From assembly GCA_000708835.1 (NCBI GenBank), contig DF236983.1, positions 124,001 through 188,000 of the forward strand: DNA of 64,000 nucleotides. The letters are read 5' to 3'. Below the pieces are notes generated by a model that searched no databases, was not told where the DNA came from, and was given only the letters and a program-made list of their open reading frames with translations. Source of the stretch: Klebsormidium nitens. Lineage: Eukaryota; Plantae; Klebsormidiophyceae. Position 1 is the stretch's first letter, and each line of letters begins with the position of its first letter. The position numbers and the translations under genes were made by a program. Below are positions 61,314 through 64,000 of the stretch, piece by piece.

Positions 61314-63479
61314 ATGGGTAAACAGTGGGACGCCATGTGGCAACCGAACGGTCTTGTCAAGCTTCTCGCGTTAAATCTTGCTGTAACGGTGACACTGAGA
61401 AAAGCAACGAAAAAGGCACCCTTGGTTTCTCTGTCCTCTCTTTCCTTTCTTTGTTTCTTTTCCTGATCTCACACCAACTCATCAAGGAGGATAGGTTCTG
61501 ACCAATAGAATCGACGTTCATCCTTCGCTGGCCGTTCTTCTGACCAATGTATTGAGCATTCCTAGCTCGTCCACATCCCGCAGATTGGTGACTGCGGTCT
61601 GGCTGCCGCCCTCCTCGCTTGCGGCGGCTGGCTCTTCCCCCGCACTAGTTCTTCCCTCCAAAGCCCCGACCCGCGGCGAGCGCCCCCGCTCAGCCCCCTT
61701 GACGAAAAGCTCCTGCGAGCCGCAGGGGCCTTTGTGAAAAGCGTGACGCTTTGTGTGGACCGCAGCAAGCAATTTTACGAAGAGGCGCTGGAGTTGGGCC
61801 TGTTGGACGCGATCATGGCCTTTTTCCCGTGGGGGGATCCCCCTCGGGGCCGGCGCAACGCCGAGCGCAATACCTTCGTTCTTCTCCTGGCTAAACACGT
61901 CGCGAAAGCGTTCAGGGGATTCGTCGATGAGCCCGGCAAGGAGCAGCGGCTGATTGGTTGTAACGCGGAGCTCACAGCGTGGCTGGTGCGTTACGTCCAC
62001 TTTTTGACGCGCACCGCAGAGGCGCTCGTGCCCAAGCCGGTGTACGAGCAAGAGCATTCGGACATCGGAACTGCGGCGCAGAATGTCGTCGAGATGTTTA
62101 ACAGGGGCCGAAACTGTCAGCTTCTGCTAGACTACACACAGTTGGAGGAACTAGAGCGGGCGGTTAATGCGCTTCTGCCCCACCTGGAAATGGGCGCCAA
62201 GTTTCAGGTGGAGGGTTTCTTGAGCACCGTTCACGGCCTGCGGTGGGATGTTCCGCTGGAGACAGAAGTCGCCATAAGCGGTTTCGTTGACCTTAACGAA
62301 GAGCTCCAATCTCTTGTGTCCCTCGTCTCTCAAGACCGCCGCGCATTCTCTGCCCGCTTTGACGCCTTCTACAAAGGTTACAGAGTCCTATCAACGGAGT
62401 CCTGTCCCCGTGGGTTAATTTCCAAGGAACTCTTAGACGTTCTAACAACCGGGTCTGTGGAGCGGGTTAAGGCCCCGGGGCGACTCTCCGAGGAGTCTAT
62501 AGCAGTCCTCCGGTCGCTCAAGAATGCTCTGCGAGTAGCCCTCGACGCAGGTTTCGAGCCCGAAGCGTTTGACGACGTGGCACTGCCGCTGGTGCGCCAC
62601 GTGGAGCCTGCTCTAACTAAACTGGGCGGCATGGCGTTCCAGCACCTTCTGGGGGGGCTGATAGAGTGCTACAAAGGGGGGGGGGAGCGCACGCGGCCCG
62701 CGAAGCTGTGGGCGCCGCTCCTGATCTCCGTCCTCGAACTGGATATCGACCAGACCGCGCTGCGCTTCGCGTGGCACTTTCTCGCGGTCCTAGTTGGCGC
62801 CTCCCAGGGTTTCGACATTGCGCTGTTAAAGGCTAAGGGCGTAGATGACGGACCGGACGAGCCCCCGGGGGAGTGTACCGGTCGCCCGCTTGCCCCCCCG
62901 GAAGAAAGGCGCGCGCTCGCGACCGACATTGGCTCCAAGCTGCGCGCGCGGATATTCGCGCCCGCGTGGCGCGTCTACTCGCACCACGCTGACTTCGGCA
63001 TTTCGGACGGGGACCGCGTCGAGGACGTGTCCGGCGTCCTGCTCTGGTGCTGCGCGGATTCCGGCCTGGTGGAGCGGAAACTGCTGCCCAAAGCGGGGCT
63101 CCTCGTCCGGATCCTGGCGCTCGACTACGGCCGGCTGTCCGAACGGTGCAATCGGGACGCCACGTCAGCGTTTGTGAGGGATCCCTGGCCGGACAAGTGC
63201 CGCCCGCTGGCCGCGATGCTGCGGCTGGGGTTTGAAATAACTTTCGACAACCGTCACGCGAGAAAGGCGCTAGTGGAAGATGTTTCGCGGAGCGGGGGGG
63301 TAGAATTGTGCCGGGCGGTGGAGAGGGACGCGCGGAAACCGGGGGTTCTGCGGGCGGGGGCGGTGAATGAGCCGGATTTGGCGTGGGTGCCGAGTTTTCA
63401 GGCTTTATGTGAGGAACTGTGGGCGGCGATCGCGCTGCGGTTCGGGTTGAAGGAGTGCAGTAATCCGGTAAGCCGTTAG
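61314..63479 (+). CDS. Hypothetical alpha-helical protein, about 654 aa; exons 61314-61382, 61584-63479
   Basis: The 581-codon ORF is open upstream to a CAG acceptor at 61583 and joins in phase 0 to an upstream ATG-bearing exon. It is GC-rich and Leu/Ala-rich, and I recognised no family. The true start is uncertain. Confidence 0.7.
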
Positions 63480-64000
63480 CAGTTTGTCTGGTGATTGTTT
63501 GTTGGATGGAATCACGTCGCAAGGATCTGAAGAGAGGCTGTTGAGAACTTTGTGTTTGCTGTCAGAGTACAAGATTCTGACAGCATATCTCAGACGAAAG
63601 GCGTGCTCTTTCCTGTGCGGCTGGTTGCAAGGCGGATGTCATCGAGTAGCCCTTCGCTGGAGTTCTGTGGTGAGCTTCACAGTTCATCCAGGCTTCTGGA
63701 TTCTGGCGACTACCGGTTTTGGTAATTCCAGTATAGGTCCCATGTCGTCTGTGCCTCTGACTTGAATGATTCTAAAGATAGTGGTAAATCCCCGCCTGAC
63801 ACCTGTCGCACCGACTAGGTAGCTCGGAAAGGTTGAATCTACTGTCAGTTGTAATATAAGCTCAAGATTTGCTACTTTGATGGGTGGGGTAAACAAGCGG
63901 GTTGTGGGTGGCACGGGGTGCGGAGCAGGTAAGATTTCCAAGTTCAACCCTTAGGTCAGCTCCTTCTCATTGCAACTTGAGCTCTTTGTAACTAATCTAG

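Overview
Eukaryotic, intron-rich, roughly 55% GC nuclear DNA with streptophyte-type proteins. It is most consistent with a charophyte green alga such as Klebsormidium (inferred from protein families and intron style, not searched). I built exon models by hand, checking splice phases. Genes in order: F-box/LRR (+); DUF1444-like domain plus MYND finger (-) with a duplicated terminal exon downstream; VIT1/CCC1-family iron transporter (-); intronless F-box/LRR (+); plastid aspartate aminotransferase (-); SpoU/TrmH methyltransferase (+); a 19-kb UTP20 gene (-); TIM17 (+); COX5C (+); FHA-like/acidic/PBZ (APLF-like) protein (-); tail-less SOS1-like Na+/H+ antiporter (+); a possibly decayed ORF cluster (-); and an unknown helical protein (+). 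The strongest hidden signal is absent from the ORF track: three paralogous ~90-nt box C/D snoRNAs on the sense strand of two UTP20 introns. They have covarying terminal stems and two invariant guides that predict 2'-O-methylation of two LSU rRNA residues 11 nt apart. Other notable points are an ND-to-DD change in the CPA1 transport motif, a predicted GC-AG intron, and a candidate alternative last exon lacking a MYND zinc ligand. I found no tRNA, rRNA, CRISPR array or intact transposon.
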